From: Betaproteobacteria bacterium
GTDB lineage: Bacteria > Pseudomonadota > Gammaproteobacteria > Burkholderiales > SG8-41
NCBI GenBank assembly: GCA_003820645.1
Contig: RPOR01000004.1
Coordinates: forward strand, 6,388 to 70,387
Length of the DNA stretch: 64,000 nucleotides
Direction: 5' to 3'
Made by a program: the position numbers and the translations under genes. The notes below the pieces were generated by a model. It ran no database searches. It was not told the DNA's origin and saw nothing but the letters and a program-made list of their open reading frames with translations. Positions 1 to 11,644 of this stretch are shown piece after piece. Every line of letters begins with the position of its first letter. Within the stretch, counting starts at the first letter, position 1.

Positions 1-1
1 C

Positions 2-250
2 ATGGGTTTCGAGGCCGAAAACGAAGACCGCAAGCGTGATTTCGAAGACTGGTGCGTCGATGCCGAGATGATGCGCGCGGCCGGCAAGGATTCCCTGTTC
101 ATGCACTGCCTGCCGGCGCACCGCGGCGAGGAAGTCACCGCCGAGGTCATCGACGGACCGCACAGCGTGGTCTGGGACGAAGCGGAGAATCGCTTGCACG
201 CACAAAAAGCACTGATGGAATTTCTCCTGCTTGGCCGCGTCGACTCCTGA
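2..250 (+). CDS. argF: ornithine carbamoyltransferase, C-terminal fragment (5' end outside window)
   Basis: ORF runs off the left edge. The translation has an OTCase C-terminal signature ([13 protein letters not shown]...HAQKALM). It lies directly upstream of argG. Confidence 0.85.
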   Translation: MGFEAENEDRKRDFEDWCVDAEMMRAAGKDSLFMHCLPAHRGEEVTAEVIDGPHSVVWDEAENRLHAQKALMEFLLLGRVDS

Positions 251-339
251 TACCTGCAGCCAACGATCAATCGGGGCGGAGAGTACCATCGCAGCCGCCC
301 GCCAATGCCAAACCAACCGCCCCCTGACTGCATACGCAT

Positions 340-1572
<1,233 letters not shown>

Positions 1573-1602
1573 GCGCCTCAAATAAACCGCTTACCGGAGC
1601 CC

Positions 1603-1917
1603 ATGATGCCCAATTTCGACAACGTCTCGGTCGTCAAAAGAGCCAATGTCTATTTCGGCGGCAAATGTGTCAGCCATACGGTCTACCTGCCGGACGGCGG
1701 GCGCAAATCCGTGGGGGTCATTTTCCCCAGCGTGCTGACGTTCAACACCAGCGAACCTGAACGCATGGAAATCACGGCCGGCAGCTGCCGCATCAAGCTC
1801 CCCGGCGACCGCGACTGGCGCATGTGCCATGCCGGCGACAGCTTCAGCGTTCCCGCCAACAGCAGTTTCGACATCGAGCCGCTGGAAACCCTGCACTACG
1901 TCTGCCACTTTGGCTGA
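1603..1917 (+). CDS. ppnP: pyrimidine/purine nucleoside phosphorylase PpnP (DUF1255/YaiE family)
   Basis: 104 aa cupin-like protein. '[14 protein letters not shown]...' is typical of YaiE/PpnP. Confidence 0.8.
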   Translation: MMPNFDNVSVVKRANVYFGGKCVSHTVYLPDGGRKSVGVIFPSVLTFNTSEPERMEITAGSCRIKLPGDRDWRMCHAGDSFSVPANSSFDIEPLETLHYVCHFG

Positions 1918-1926
1918 CTCCCTGCC

Positions 1927-2520
1927 GTGACCACCATCGTTGTGGTGCGCAAGGACCGCGCAGTGGCGATTGCCGCCGACACCATGACCAAATGGGGCTC
2001 GGGGAAGGAAACGGCCGACTATGTCCTCAATCACGGCAAGCTGCTGCAGGTGGGCGACACCTGGCTGGGCCTCACCGGCAACGCCACCTTCAAGACCATA
2101 CTTGCGGATTATTTCGCACGTCCGAAAGTGAAGCCGCGTTTCGACACCCCGCTCGCCATTTTCCGCACCTGGCAGGCACTGCATGCCGCACTGAAAAGTG
2201 ATTACCAGCTGCTCCCCGGCGGACACGATGACGAACCGCTGGAATCAACGCGCTTTGATGCGCTGATCGCCAACCGCCACGGCATTTTCGGCGTCGTGGC
2301 ACACCGGACGGTGCAGGAATTCTCGCGCTACTATGCCTTCGGCAGCGGCAGCAACTATGCGATGGGTGCGCTGCATGCGCTGCACGGCAGCCGCAGTCTG
2401 GATGCCGAAACGCTGGCGCGGCGCGGCGTCGAAGCCGCTGCGGAATTTGACGACGCCACCGGCCTGCCCATCGACTCGCACCGCATCACACTGCAGGCCG
2501 GCCGCAAGCGCATGCGTTGA
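1927..2520 (+). CDS. stand-alone HslV/proteasome-beta-like Ntn hydrolase (BPH-type)
   Basis: GTG start. The protein begins M-TTIVVVRKD, with Thr right after Met as in HslV 'TTIV'. It has a 'FGSGSNYAMGA' motif. No AAA+ partner gene is adjacent. Confidence 0.6.
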   Translation: MTTIVVVRKDRAVAIAADTMTKWGSGKETADYVLNHGKLLQVGDTWLGLTGNATFKTILADYFARPKVKPRFDTPLAIFRTWQALHAALKSDYQLLPGGHDDEPLESTRFDALIANRHGIFGVVAHRTVQEFSRYYAFGSGSNYAMGALHALHGSRSLDAETLARRGVEAAAEFDDATGLPIDSHRITLQAGRKRMR

Positions 2521-2596
2521 CCGGGCGCGCCCGGCGGTTTTCCGCCCGTCGCGAAGCGTATAATCCCCGCCTGACCTAAAAGAAAGGGAGCAAGCC

Positions 2597-3088
2597 ATGC
2601 CCTCATTCGATATTGTTTCCGAAGTCAATCAGGTCGAAGTGCACAACGCCGTCGACCAGGCCAACAAGGAAGTCTCCACGCGCTTCGATTTCAAGGGTTC
2701 TGACGCCCGCATCGAGACCAACGACAAGGAAAAAACGCTGACCGTCTTCGGCGATGATGACTTCAAACTCGGCCAGGTGCGCGACGTGCTGACCGCCAAG
2801 CTCGCCAAGCGCGGCGTCGATACGCGCTGCCTGAAGCTCGGTGACCCGGAGCCCATCAGCGGCAACAAGATGAAACAGCCGATCACCGTGCGCGAAGGCA
2901 TCGAACAGGATCTCGCCAAGAAGATCGTCAAGCTGCTCAAGGACAGCAAGATGAAAGTCCAGGGCAGCATCCAGGGCGACGTGGTACGCGTCTCCGGCGC
3001 AAAAAAAGACCTGCTGCAGGACGCCATCGCCCTGATCCGCAAGTCGATCACCGAATTCCCGCTGCAGTTCAAGAATTTCCGGGACTAG
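2597..3088 (+). CDS. yajQ: YajQ family nucleotide/c-di-GMP-binding protein (UPF0234)
   Basis: 163 aa. '[34 protein letters not shown]' is the canonical YajQ N-terminus. Confidence 0.9.
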   Translation: MPSFDIVSEVNQVEVHNAVDQANKEVSTRFDFKGSDARIETNDKEKTLTVFGDDDFKLGQVRDVLTAKLAKRGVDTRCLKLGDPEPISGNKMKQPITVREGIEQDLAKKIVKLLKDSKMKVQGSIQGDVVRVSGAKKDLLQDAIALIRKSITEFPLQFKNFRD

Positions 3089-3230
3089 GTACTGCCGGCG
3101 CGTTGACAGCGCAACACCGGCCGCGCAGAATCACCCACATCATCACGGGGGCGTTGGCAGACTCCCCGGTTCCAGACGCCCCGCGTCCAAGCGCTGCCTT
3201 CGTGTGGTTCGCTACCGCGAAGGAGAGGTC

Positions 3231-4028
3231 ATGGACGAGGGCATTTCCCCTGAAAAACTGATGGCTGCGCGCAATGGCGCCGCTGCGCCGCTGCTGATTG
3301 ACGTGCGCCGCGAAGCCGCATTCCGCTCCGCACCGGACATGGCGTCCGGTGCATTGCGGCGCGATCCGGCCACCGTCGAAACCTGGGCCGATGAACTACC
3401 TGCCGCAGCCAGCATCGCGGTGTATTGCGTGCACGGCCACGAAGTCAGCCGGAATGTGACCAAAGCCCTGCGCGACCGCGGCCTCAGCGCGCAGTTTGTC
3501 GAAAACGGCATCGAGGAAGGTCTGCGTGCCGCCGGCGTTGAACTGATGGCGAAACCCGTCGACGCCGGGACCCGCTGGATCACCCGCGAGCGCCCGAAAG
3601 TCGACCGCATCGCCTGCCCCTGGCTGATCACCCGTTTTATCGATCGCGATGCCGAGTTCCTGTACGTGCCGTCAGCGGATGTAAAAATAATCGCCGCCGG
3701 GAAAAACGCCATACCGTACGACGTGCCCGACGTGGCATTCTCGCATCACGGAGAACGCTGCAGTTTCGACGCCTTCATCCGGATTTTCCGGCTTGCCGAT
3801 CCGGCGCTGCTGCAACTGGCCGACATCGTGCGCGGTGCCGACACCGGGCATCCGGAAATCGCGCCGCAATCCGCCGGCCTGGTCGCCCTGTCGCTGGGCC
3901 TGTCGCGCCTCATCTCCGCCGACCACGACCAGTTGCAGCAGGGCATGGTCATGTACGATGCGCTCTACCTGTGGTGCAGAGAAGGCCAGGATGAACGGCA
4001 CACCTGGAATCCCGCAGCCTATCGCTGA
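3231..4028 (+). CDS. rhodanese domain / ChrB C-terminal domain fusion protein
   Basis: ATG at 3231 preceded by AGGAGAGG. The N-terminal half is rhodanese-like (LIDVRR...VYCVHGHEVS). The C-terminal half has 'RERPKVDRIACPWLITRFID', typical of the ChrB C-terminal domain. chrA follows directly. Confidence 0.7.
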   Translation: MDEGISPEKLMAARNGAAAPLLIDVRREAAFRSAPDMASGALRRDPATVETWADELPAAASIAVYCVHGHEVSRNVTKALRDRGLSAQFVENGIEEGLRAAGVELMAKPVDAGTRWITRERPKVDRIACPWLITRFIDRDAEFLYVPSADVKIIAAGKNAIPYDVPDVAFSHHGERCSFDAFIRIFRLADPALLQLADIVRGADTGHPEIAPQSAGLVALSLGLSRLISADHDQLQQGMVMYDALYLWCREGQDERHTWNPAAYR

Positions 4029-4046
4029 CCTGCAAGGAAACAGTCG

Positions 4047-5399
4047 ATGAATGAAACGCCATCCGCCGCACCAACCAAGCCGCCTGCAGACATTCCCTTC
4101 TGGGACGCCTTTCGCTTCTGGCTGAAACTGGGTTTCATCAGTTTCGGCGGCCCGGCAGGCCAGATCGCGATCATGCACGAGGAATTGGTCGAACGCCGGT
4201 GCTGGATTTCCGAGCGGCGCTTCCTGCATGCGCTGAACTACTGCATGGTGCTGCCCGGCCCCGAGGCCCAGCAGCTCGCCACCTACATCGGCTGGCTGAT
4301 GCACCGCACCTGGGGTGGCATCGTCGCCGGCGGCCTGTTCGTGCTGCCCTCACTGTTCATCCTGGTCGCGCTGTCATGGATCTACATGGCCTGGGGTGAC
4401 GTGCCGACCATTGCCGGCATTCTCTACGGCATCAAACCCGCAGTCACCGCGATCGTTGTCGTCGCCGCGCTGCGCATCGGCGCGCGCGCGCTGAAAAACG
4501 GCGTGTTGTGGGCCATCGCCGCGGCCGCGTTCATCGCGCTGTTCGCGCTGAACGTGCCGTTTCCGCTGATCGTCATCGGCGCCGGCCTCATCGGTTATGT
4601 CGGCGGGCAGGTCGCGCCGAAATTGTTCGCCACCGGCGGCGGCCACGGCGCCGACGGCAAGCGTTACGGTGCGGCGGTCATCGACGACGAGACACCGACG
4701 CCCCAACACGCGCTGTTCGGCTGGAAACGGTTCGCCGCGGTGCTCGCCATCGGCCTGCTGCTGTGGGGCGCGGCGATGGCCGTGCTCGTATCCATCTACG
4801 GCGGGCAGGGCCCGCTGTCGCAGATGGGCTGGTTCTTCACCAAGGCAGCGCTGCTGACCTTCGGCGGCGCCTATGCCGTGCTGCCCTACGTCTACCAGGC
4901 TGCAGTCGAACACTACCAGTGGGTCACCCCGCTGCAGATGATCGACGGCCTCGCGCTGGGTGAAACCACGCCCGGCCCGCTGATCATGGTGGTGGCCTTC
5001 GTCGGTTTCGTCGGCGGCTGGACCACGCAGTTCCTCGGCGCCGACAGCCTGTTCAGCGCCGGCGCGCTGGCGGCAACCGTCGTCACCTTCTTCACCTTCC
5101 TGCCCAGCTTCATGTTCATCCTGCTCGGCGGCCCGCTGGTCGAAACCACGCACGGCGACCTCAAATTCACCGCACCGCTGACCGGCATCACCGCGGCCGT
5201 GGTCGGCGTCATCCTCAACCTCGCAGTGTTTTTTGCGTACCACGTGTTGTGGCCCAAGGGCCTGCAGGGCCCGTTCGACTGGCCGTCACTGGTGATCGGC
5301 GCCGGCGCGTTCATTGCGCTGTGGCGCTACAAGGTCGGCATCATGCCGGTAATCGGCGCCTGCGCCGCGCTCGGCGCCGCGTGGACGCTGCTGGTTTAA
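4047..5399 (+). CDS. chrA: chromate ion transporter ChrA (long, duplicated CHR form)
   Basis: 450-aa polytopic membrane protein. 'FWLKLGFISFGGPAGQIAIMHEELVERRCWISERRFLHALNYCMVLPGPEA' is a CHR-family signature. A second repeat carries 'TFGGAYAVLPY'. Confidence 0.9.
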   Translation: MNETPSAAPTKPPADIPFWDAFRFWLKLGFISFGGPAGQIAIMHEELVERRCWISERRFLHALNYCMVLPGPEAQQLATYIGWLMHRTWGGIVAGGLFVLPSLFILVALSWIYMAWGDVPTIAGILYGIKPAVTAIVVVAALRIGARALKNGVLWAIAAAAFIALFALNVPFPLIVIGAGLIGYVGGQVAPKLFATGGGHGADGKRYGAAVIDDETPTPQHALFGWKRFAAVLAIGLLLWGAAMAVLVSIYGGQGPLSQMGWFFTKAALLTFGGAYAVLPYVYQAAVEHYQWVTPLQMIDGLALGETTPGPLIMVVAFVGFVGGWTTQFLGADSLFSAGALAATVVTFFTFLPSFMFILLGGPLVETTHGDLKFTAPLTGITAAVVGVILNLAVFFAYHVLWPKGLQGPFDWPSLVIGAGAFIALWRYKVGIMPVIGACAALGAAWTLLV

Positions 5400-5402
5400 G
5401 CC

Positions 5403-6116
5403 TCAGCCGGCCAGCCCGGCAACCCAGCGATCGTAAATCCGGTCCGCGACCGCGTTCAGCGCGCGTACTTTTTCGCTGATCCCCTGCTCCATCTCGGCCG
5501 GCGTCTGCACCGAGGCCACGCGCCCGGCCAGCGCCTCGACTTCCTGCGCCCAGTCGCGGCACCAGGTGCGGATCAGGTCCGCGGTCATTTCGACGTGGCA
5601 CTGCATGCCGAAATGCCGGCCCAGCACAAATGCCTGGTTCGGACACCACGGGCTGGCCATGATGCGGGTCGCGCCGTCGGGAATCGCAAACGTCTCGCCG
5701 TGCCAGTGAAAGGACAGGAATGACGGCAGGTCCGCGCCCAGCCATAGTCTTGCCACCGGCTGATCGAGCACCGCCACCATGCCCCAGCCGATTTCCTTGA
5801 CCGGATTACGGGTCACCGCGGCGCCCAGCGCCTTCGCCATCAGCTGCCCGCCCAGGCAATGACCCAGCACCGGCACGTCGCGTGCCACTGCGTCGCGGAT
5901 CAGCGTCAGCACTTGCGGTATCCACGGCAGGTCGTCGTTGACGCTCATCGGTCCGCCCATGAAACACAGCCCGGCATATGCCGTCGCATCAACCGGCACC
6001 GGCTCGCCGGCATCAATCCCCACAATGCGGTAGGGAATCTTTCGCCGGTCGAGGTACGTGGCAAAATAGGCTGGCCCTTCGGTCGGCGAGTGGCGGAAAA
6101 TGGCAACGGGCTTCAT
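5403..6116 (-). CDS. class I glutamine amidotransferase-like protein
   Basis: 237 aa. 'VPVLGHCLGGQLMAKALG' is a nucleophile-elbow Cys motif of GATase1/GMP-synthase-like domains. Confidence 0.8.
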   Translation of the reverse strand: MKPVAIFRHSPTEGPAYFATYLDRRKIPYRIVGIDAGEPVPVDATAYAGLCFMGGPMSVNDDLPWIPQVLTLIRDAVARDVPVLGHCLGGQLMAKALGAAVTRNPVKEIGWGMVAVLDQPVARLWLGADLPSFLSFHWHGETFAIPDGATRIMASPWCPNQAFVLGRHFGMQCHVEMTADLIRTWCRDWAQEVEALAGRVASVQTPAEMEQGISEKVRALNAVADRIYDRWVAGLAG

Positions 6117-6130
6117 GAAAGGGATCCGGG

Positions 6131-6793
6131 ATGCGATGGAATGATTTTAAGGCAATCGGTGTCGCAGTTCTGCTCGCTGCGACACCGGTGCTGGCCGCGG
6201 ACATCAGCGTCACGGCCCTGTTCGGCGGCAAGGCGCAACTGGTCATCGACGGCGGCAAACCCCGCATGCTTTCGGCCGGGCAGACCTCGCCCGAAGGCGT
6301 GAAACTGATCGGCGCCGACAGCAGCGCTGCGGTCATCGAATTCCAGGGCAAACGCCGGACGCTGGCGTTGGGATCGGGCACCAGAATCGCCAGTGCCGAA
6401 CACGCGTCTGGCGGCGGTACCGGATCGTCAGTAACACTCACCGCCGATACCCATGGCCATTACCAGACACTGGGACAGATCAACGGCGGCACGGTGCAGT
6501 TGCTGGTGGACACCGGCGCGACGTCGATTGCCCTGCCCAGCGCCGAAGCACGGCGCCTGGGCATCAACTACCTGAACGGCGAACGCGGCTATACCCAGAC
6601 CGCGAACGGCCGTGCCCAGGCCTACAAGATCAAGCTGGATACCGTGAAAGTCGGCGACATCACGCTGTATGGCGTCGATGCCGTCGTGCTCGAGGGCGAC
6701 GGGCTGAAAATGGCGCTGCTGGGCATGAGTTTCCTCAGTCGCACCGAGATGAAACGCGACGGACAGGCGCTGACGCTGATCAAGCGCTACTGA
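6131..6793 (+). CDS. retropepsin-like (clan AA) aspartic protease, secreted or membrane-anchored
   Basis: N-terminal signal-like segment. The 'LLVDTGATSIALPSAEARRLGI' D-T-G active-site motif is typical of bacterial retropepsin-like proteases. Confidence 0.75.
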   Translation: MRWNDFKAIGVAVLLAATPVLAADISVTALFGGKAQLVIDGGKPRMLSAGQTSPEGVKLIGADSSAAVIEFQGKRRTLALGSGTRIASAEHASGGGTGSSVTLTADTHGHYQTLGQINGGTVQLLVDTGATSIALPSAEARRLGINYLNGERGYTQTANGRAQAYKIKLDTVKVGDITLYGVDAVVLEGDGLKMALLGMSFLSRTEMKRDGQALTLIKRY

Positions 6794-6885
6794 ATCGTTT
6801 TGCGGCGGCTTTTGGTTCGCCGTCCCGTGGCAGTGTGCTGCGCTGGGACGCTGTGGTGTGCCCGTCTACGATCCGCCGCACCGGA

Positions 6886-8136
6886 CTATTTCTTCGGGGC
6901 GGCAGGTTCAGCGCCGGCCATCGACAACAGGTGACCGAACTTGCTGCGCTTGGTATCCAGATATTTGCGATTGGCGCTGCGCGGCGGTGCTTCGATGGCG
7001 ACGCGTTCGACGACCTTCAGCCCGTAGTCTTCCAGCGCCGCGACCTTGTCCGGATTGTTGGTCATCAGCCGCACTTCGCGGACGCCGAGGTCGAACAGGA
7101 TGTGCGCGCCGGCACGGTAATCGCGCATGTCGGCGGCAAAACCCAACGCGTGATTGGCCTCGACGGTATCGTGGCCCTGGTCCTGCAGCGCGTAGGCGCG
7201 GATCTTGTTGAGCAGCCCGATGCCGCGACCCTCGTCGAACATGTAGACCAGCACGCCGCTGCCGGCCTGCTCGATCATGGCCATGGCCGCATCCAGCTGT
7301 TCGCCGCAGTCACAGCGCTCGGAGCCGAATACATCGCCGGTCAGGCATTGCGAATGCAGCCGGACCAGCACCGGCGTGCCCGGATTGATCTCGCCCTTGA
7401 CCAGCGCGACATAGAGATTGGTTTCGAGGTTGTCGGCGTAGGCGATCATGCGGAACTCGCCGGCCTTGCTGGTCGGCAGAACGGTTTCGGCCTTGCGGCG
7501 GATCGCGCGTTCGTTGTCGCGCCAGGCGACGAGGTCCGCGATGTCGAGGATGCGGATGCCGTGCTGTGCGGCAAAACGCTCGAGATCGGGCCGCCGCGCC
7601 ATCGTGCCGTCGGCATTCATGATTTCGCAGATCACGCCGGCGGGTTTGAGACCTGCAAGGCGGGCGAGATCCACCGCGGCTTCGGTATGACCGCGCCGCA
7701 CCAGCACGCCACCCTCCACTGCGCGCAGCGTCTGCAGGCGCCCCGGGCGGATCAGGTCGGCGGGCTTGGCGTGGTCGGCAATCGCCACCGCGATGGTACG
7801 CGCGCGGTCGTGCGCCGACATGCCGGAACCCACGCCTTCGCGGGCGTCGATCGGCGTCGCGAACGCGGTACCGAATTTGGACTGGTTGCCGGTGTCGTCG
7901 GTGATCAGTGACAGGCCCAGCGCGCGCAGCCGTTCCTCGGTCAGCGCCAGCGACACCAGGCCGCGGCCCGCGGTCGCCATAAAATTGATCGCTTCGGGCG
8001 TCGCGCGCTCGGCGGCGACGAACAGATCGCCTTCGTTCTCGCGGTCCTCGCTGTCGACGAGGATCACCATCCGGCCGCGCCGCACGTCGGGCAGGATCTG
8101 CTCGATTGCGAATTCGCTGGTTTTGCGGTCGGCCAT
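6886..8136 (-). CDS. ribBA: bifunctional 3,4-dihydroxy-2-butanone-4-phosphate synthase / GTP cyclohydrolase II
   Basis: 416 aa. The N-terminal half has 'DSEDRENEGDL' (DHBP synthase). The C-terminal half has 'HSQCLTGDVFGSERCDCGEQL' (GCH II zinc site). Confidence 0.9.
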   Translation of the reverse strand: MADRKTSEFAIEQILPDVRRGRMVILVDSEDRENEGDLFVAAERATPEAINFMATAGRGLVSLALTEERLRALGLSLITDDTGNQSKFGTAFATPIDAREGVGSGMSAHDRARTIAVAIADHAKPADLIRPGRLQTLRAVEGGVLVRRGHTEAAVDLARLAGLKPAGVICEIMNADGTMARRPDLERFAAQHGIRILDIADLVAWRDNERAIRRKAETVLPTSKAGEFRMIAYADNLETNLYVALVKGEINPGTPVLVRLHSQCLTGDVFGSERCDCGEQLDAAMAMIEQAGSGVLVYMFDEGRGIGLLNKIRAYALQDQGHDTVEANHALGFAADMRDYRAGAHILFDLGVREVRLMTNNPDKVAALEDYGLKVVERVAIEAPPRSANRKYLDTKRSKFGHLLSMAGAEPAAPKK

Positions 8137-8199
8137 CGTGTGGTCAGCGCCCGCGGCGCCCGAATATATCGTAACTAATTGTTTTTATTGATATTTTCT

Positions 8200-8835
8200 T
8201 CATGTGCGCGAGGCGATCAGGCGCAGGAATTCAGCGCGGGTCACATCCTTGTTGAATTCGCCGGTAAAGGCCGAGGTCGATGCAATCGAATGCTGCTTCT
8301 GGATGCCGCGCATGATCATGCACATGTGCTGCGCCTCGATCACCACGGCAACACCCGCGGGCTCCAGCGTCTGCTGGATGCAGTCGCGGATCTGCATGGT
8401 CAGCCGTTCCTGCACCTGCAGCCGCCGCGCGTAGGCGTCGACCACGCGCGGCACTTTCGACAGGCCGACGATGCGCCCTTTCGGGATATAGGCGACGTGC
8501 GCCTTGCCGAAAAACGGCAGCATGTGGTGCTCGCACAGCGAATACAGCTCGATGTCGCGCACGATGACCATCTGCTGATATTCCTCGGTGAACATCGCCG
8601 AGCGCAGGATTTCCGCCGGGTCAAGGTCGTAACCGTGGGTCAGATACTGCAGGGCCTTGGCCACCCGTTCCGGCGTCTTCACCAGTCCTTCCCGGTCCGG
8701 ATCCTCGCCGACATCCCTGATGATCTCCCGGTATTTCGCCGCGATGCGGCTGATCGCCTCGGGATTGTACTGGTCGATCTTGGCGTAACCGTCCATGACG
8801 TTTTCTTTGCGCATGTCGTTTCCGGAGCTGTTCAT
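8200..8835 (-). CDS. folE: GTP cyclohydrolase I
   Basis: 211 aa. '[19 protein letters not shown]' and 'RLQVQERLT' are FolE signatures. Its start overlaps the dxs stop by 4 nt. Confidence 0.9.
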   Translation of the reverse strand: MNSSGNDMRKENVMDGYAKIDQYNPEAISRIAAKYREIIRDVGEDPDREGLVKTPERVAKALQYLTHGYDLDPAEILRSAMFTEEYQQMVIVRDIELYSLCEHHMLPFFGKAHVAYIPKGRIVGLSKVPRVVDAYARRLQVQERLTMQIRDCIQQTLEPAGVAVVIEAQHMCMIMRGIQKQHSIASTSAFTGEFNKDVTRAEFLRLIASRT

Positions 8836-10721
8836 GGTTTGCGCGGTGCAAGCCGCTCACGGATCGAATGTGCGATGCCGGCAGCATCCAGCCCGACGCT
8901 GGCAAGCTGGATTGCGGGATCACCCTGGTCGATGAAACGGTCGGGCAGGCCCAGTTGCAGCACTGCCGTCGTGCAGCCGAGTTTCTGCAATGCCTCCAGC
9001 ACCGCGCTGCCGGCGCCGCCCATCACCACGTTCTCCTCGATGGTCACCAGCAGCGCATGCGTCGCCGCGAGTTCACGCACCAGGTCTTCGTCCAGGGGTT
9101 TGACGAAACGCATGTTGGCAACGGTCGCATCGAATTCGTCGGCGACTGCTAGTGCGGGCGCCAGCATCGACCCGAACGCAAGGATGGCCACCGCCCCGGC
9201 GCCCTTGCGCCGCAGTTCACCGCGCCCCACGGGCAGCGCAGTCATCTCGCGCTGCACGACGACCCCGGGACCGCTGCCGCGCGGATAGCGGACGGCCGTC
9301 GGCGTGTTCAGCTGGAACGCGGTATAGAGCATTTGCCGGCATTCGTTTTCATCGGACGGCGTCATCACCGTCATGTTGGGCAGGCAGCGCAGGTAGGTCA
9401 AGTCGAAGCTGCCGTTGTGGGTCGCACCGTCGGCACCGACGAGGCCGCCGCGATCGAGTGCGAACACGATCGGCAGATTCTGGATCTGCACATCGTGGAT
9501 CAGCTGGTCGTAACCGCGTTGCAGAAAGGTCGAATAAATGGCCACTACCGGCTTGTAACCCTCGCAGGCCACGCCGGCGGCGAACGTCACCGCATGCTGC
9601 TCGGCAATGCCGACGTCGAAATAACGGTTGGGATGCAACTCGGCATATTTCACCATGCCGGAGCCCTCGCGCATCGCCGGCGTGATCGCCACCAGCCGCG
9701 GATCACGCTCGGCCATGTCACACAACCAGTCGCCGAACACCTGTGTATACGTCGGCTTGCCGCCGGACTTGCCGCCTGCAATGCCGCTGACATGGTCAAA
9801 CTTCGATACCCCGTGGTAGAGGATAGGATCGACCTCGGCCAGCTTGTAGCCCTGACCCTTGCGCGTAACCACGTGCAGGAACTGCGGGCCCTTCAGGCGT
9901 TTGATATTGTGCAGCGTCGGAATCAGTGCATCAAGGTCGTGGCCATCGATCGGTCCGATGTAGTTGAAGCCGAATTCCTCGAACAGCGTGCCGGGCGTGA
10001 CCATGCCTTTCATATGCTCCTCGGCGCGCCGCGCGAGGTCGCCGAGCACTTTCTCGCCGAGCCCCTTGGCCGCCGCGTAAAAGCGCCCCGACATCAGCTT
10101 CGCCAGATACTTGTTCAGCGCGCCCACCGGCGGCGAAATCGACATGTCGTTGTCGTTGAGAATCACCAGCAGATCGACGTCCATGTCGCCGGCATTGTTC
10201 ATCGCCTCGAACGCCATGCCCGCAGTCATCGCGCCGTCACCGATGATCGCCACGGCATGGCGCGGCTCACCCTTCAGCTTGGCAGCCACCGCCATGCCGA
10301 GCGCGGCGCTGATCGAGGTGCTCGAATGCGCGGTGCCGAAAGTGTCATATTCGGATTCCTCGCGCCGCGGAAAACCGGAAATGCCCTGCCACATGCGCAG
10401 GCTTTTCATCGCTTCGCGGCGACCGGTCAGTATCTTGTGGCCGTAGGTCTGGTGGCCAACGTCCCACACTAGGCGATCGTGCGGGGTGTCGAACACATAA
10501 TGCAGCGCAATGGTCAGTTCGACGGTGCCGAGGTTCGATGACAGGTGGCCGCCGGTCTGGCTGACTGAATCCAGCAGGTAGGCACGCAGTTCCGCCGCAA
10601 CGGCCGGTAGCTGGCTGCGTTCCAGCAGGCGCAGATCATGCGGCGTAGCGATGGATTTCAGCAATTCGTACATGGGCTTGCCCCGCTCACCGGCCCCGTC
10701 CATCGTCAGTATTCGACTCAT
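8832..10721 (-). CDS. dxs: 1-deoxy-D-xylulose-5-phosphate synthase
   Basis: 629 aa. '[21 protein letters not shown]' and '[17 protein letters not shown]' are TPP-binding motifs. It sits in the classical xseB-ispA-dxs order. Confidence 0.95.
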   Translation of the reverse strand: MSRILTMDGAGERGKPMYELLKSIATPHDLRLLERSQLPAVAAELRAYLLDSVSQTGGHLSSNLGTVELTIALHYVFDTPHDRLVWDVGHQTYGHKILTGRREAMKSLRMWQGISGFPRREESEYDTFGTAHSSTSISAALGMAVAAKLKGEPRHAVAIIGDGAMTAGMAFEAMNNAGDMDVDLLVILNDNDMSISPPVGALNKYLAKLMSGRFYAAAKGLGEKVLGDLARRAEEHMKGMVTPGTLFEEFGFNYIGPIDGHDLDALIPTLHNIKRLKGPQFLHVVTRKGQGYKLAEVDPILYHGVSKFDHVSGIAGGKSGGKPTYTQVFGDWLCDMAERDPRLVAITPAMREGSGMVKYAELHPNRYFDVGIAEQHAVTFAAGVACEGYKPVVAIYSTFLQRGYDQLIHDVQIQNLPIVFALDRGGLVGADGATHNGSFDLTYLRCLPNMTVMTPSDENECRQMLYTAFQLNTPTAVRYPRGSGPGVVVQREMTALPVGRGELRRKGAGAVAILAFGSMLAPALAVADEFDATVANMRFVKPLDEDLVRELAATHALLVTIEENVVMGGAGSAVLEALQKLGCTTAVLQLGLPDRFIDQGDPAIQLASVGLDAAGIAHSIRERLAPRKP

Positions 10722-10733
10722 CTCCGCATTGTC

Positions 10734-11630
10734 TCAGAACTTGCGCAGCACGATGAAATCCGCCAGTTGTGCAAGCCGTGCCCCGCGGTCGCCGAAAGGC
10801 GCGATGGCCCGCAGCGCCTGCTCGCGCAAATCACGGGCCAGCGCCTTCGCCTGCACAATGCCCATGGCGCTGACATAGGTCGGCTTGCCCTGTTCGGCAT
10901 CCTTGCCGGCCGTTTTGCCCAGCGTCGCCGTCGGCGCCTCGGCATCGAGCACGTCATCGACCACCTGGAACGCCAGCCCGACGGCCTTGGCGAAGGCATC
11001 GACCCGTGAAAATTCCGCTTCGCTCAGTGCGTTGCCGCAACGCGCCCCGAGCACCGCTGCAGCGCGGATCAGCGCCCCCGTCTTGTGGATATGCATGAAC
11101 TCCAGTTCCGGCACGCTGAGCGATCGGCCGACGGCGGCAAGGTCTATCGCCTGTCCGCCGGCCATACCGCGCGAGCCGGCCGCGATGGCCAGGAGTTTGA
11201 TCATTTCGAGCTGCGCCGTCGCGTCGTCGGCAAGACGGTATTCACCGAGCAGCTGGAACGCCAGGCTCTGCAATGCATCGCCGACCAGCAATGCGGTGGG
11301 TTCGTCGAATTCGACATGGCAGGTCGGCTTGCCCCGCCGCAGCACATCGTCATCCATGCACGGCAGGTCATCGTGGACCAGTGAATAGGCGTGGATCAGT
11401 TCTACTGCGGCACCGGCCACCGTGACCCGCTCGGAATCGGCCCGGGACAATTCGCCGGCCGCATAGGCCAGCAGCGGTCTGACGCGCTTGCCGGCGCCCA
11501 GCGCCGCGTAACGCATGGCCGCATGCAGGCGCTGCGGCGCGATCTCCGGCTGCGGCAACACGCGCTGCAGGAAAGCTTCGATGCGCTCTTGCCCGGCAGC
11601 GGTCCAGGCCTGGAAATCAACAGCAGTCAC
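10734..11630 (-). CDS. ispA: farnesyl diphosphate synthase
   Basis: 'LVHDDLPCMDDDVLRRGKPT' (FARM) and 'FQVVDDVLD' (SARM). The tracked 397-aa ORF over-extends through xseB. A GTG at 11630 gives about 298 aa and clears the xseB stop at 11645. Confidence 0.85.
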   Translation of the reverse strand: MTAVDFQAWTAAGQERIEAFLQRVLPQPEIAPQRLHAAMRYAALGAGKRVRPLLAYAAGELSRADSERVTVAGAAVELIHAYSLVHDDLPCMDDDVLRRGKPTCHVEFDEPTALLVGDALQSLAFQLLGEYRLADDATAQLEMIKLLAIAAGSRGMAGGQAIDLAAVGRSLSVPELEFMHIHKTGALIRAAAVLGARCGNALSEAEFSRVDAFAKAVGLAFQVVDDVLDAEAPTATLGKTAGKDAEQGKPTYVSAMGIVQAKALARDLREQALRAIAPFGDRGARLAQLADFIVLRKF

Positions 11631-11644
11631 GATGGGATGCGCTG

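Noticed and set aside
3231-5399. Chromate-resistance pair as a horizontally acquired island
   Set aside because: No flanking repeats or mobility genes, and I saw no compositional break by eye. The evidence is insufficient to call it an island.
6835-10472. Plus-strand ORFs of 358, 369 and 379 aa
   Set aside because: They are antisense shadows of ribBA, folE and dxs.
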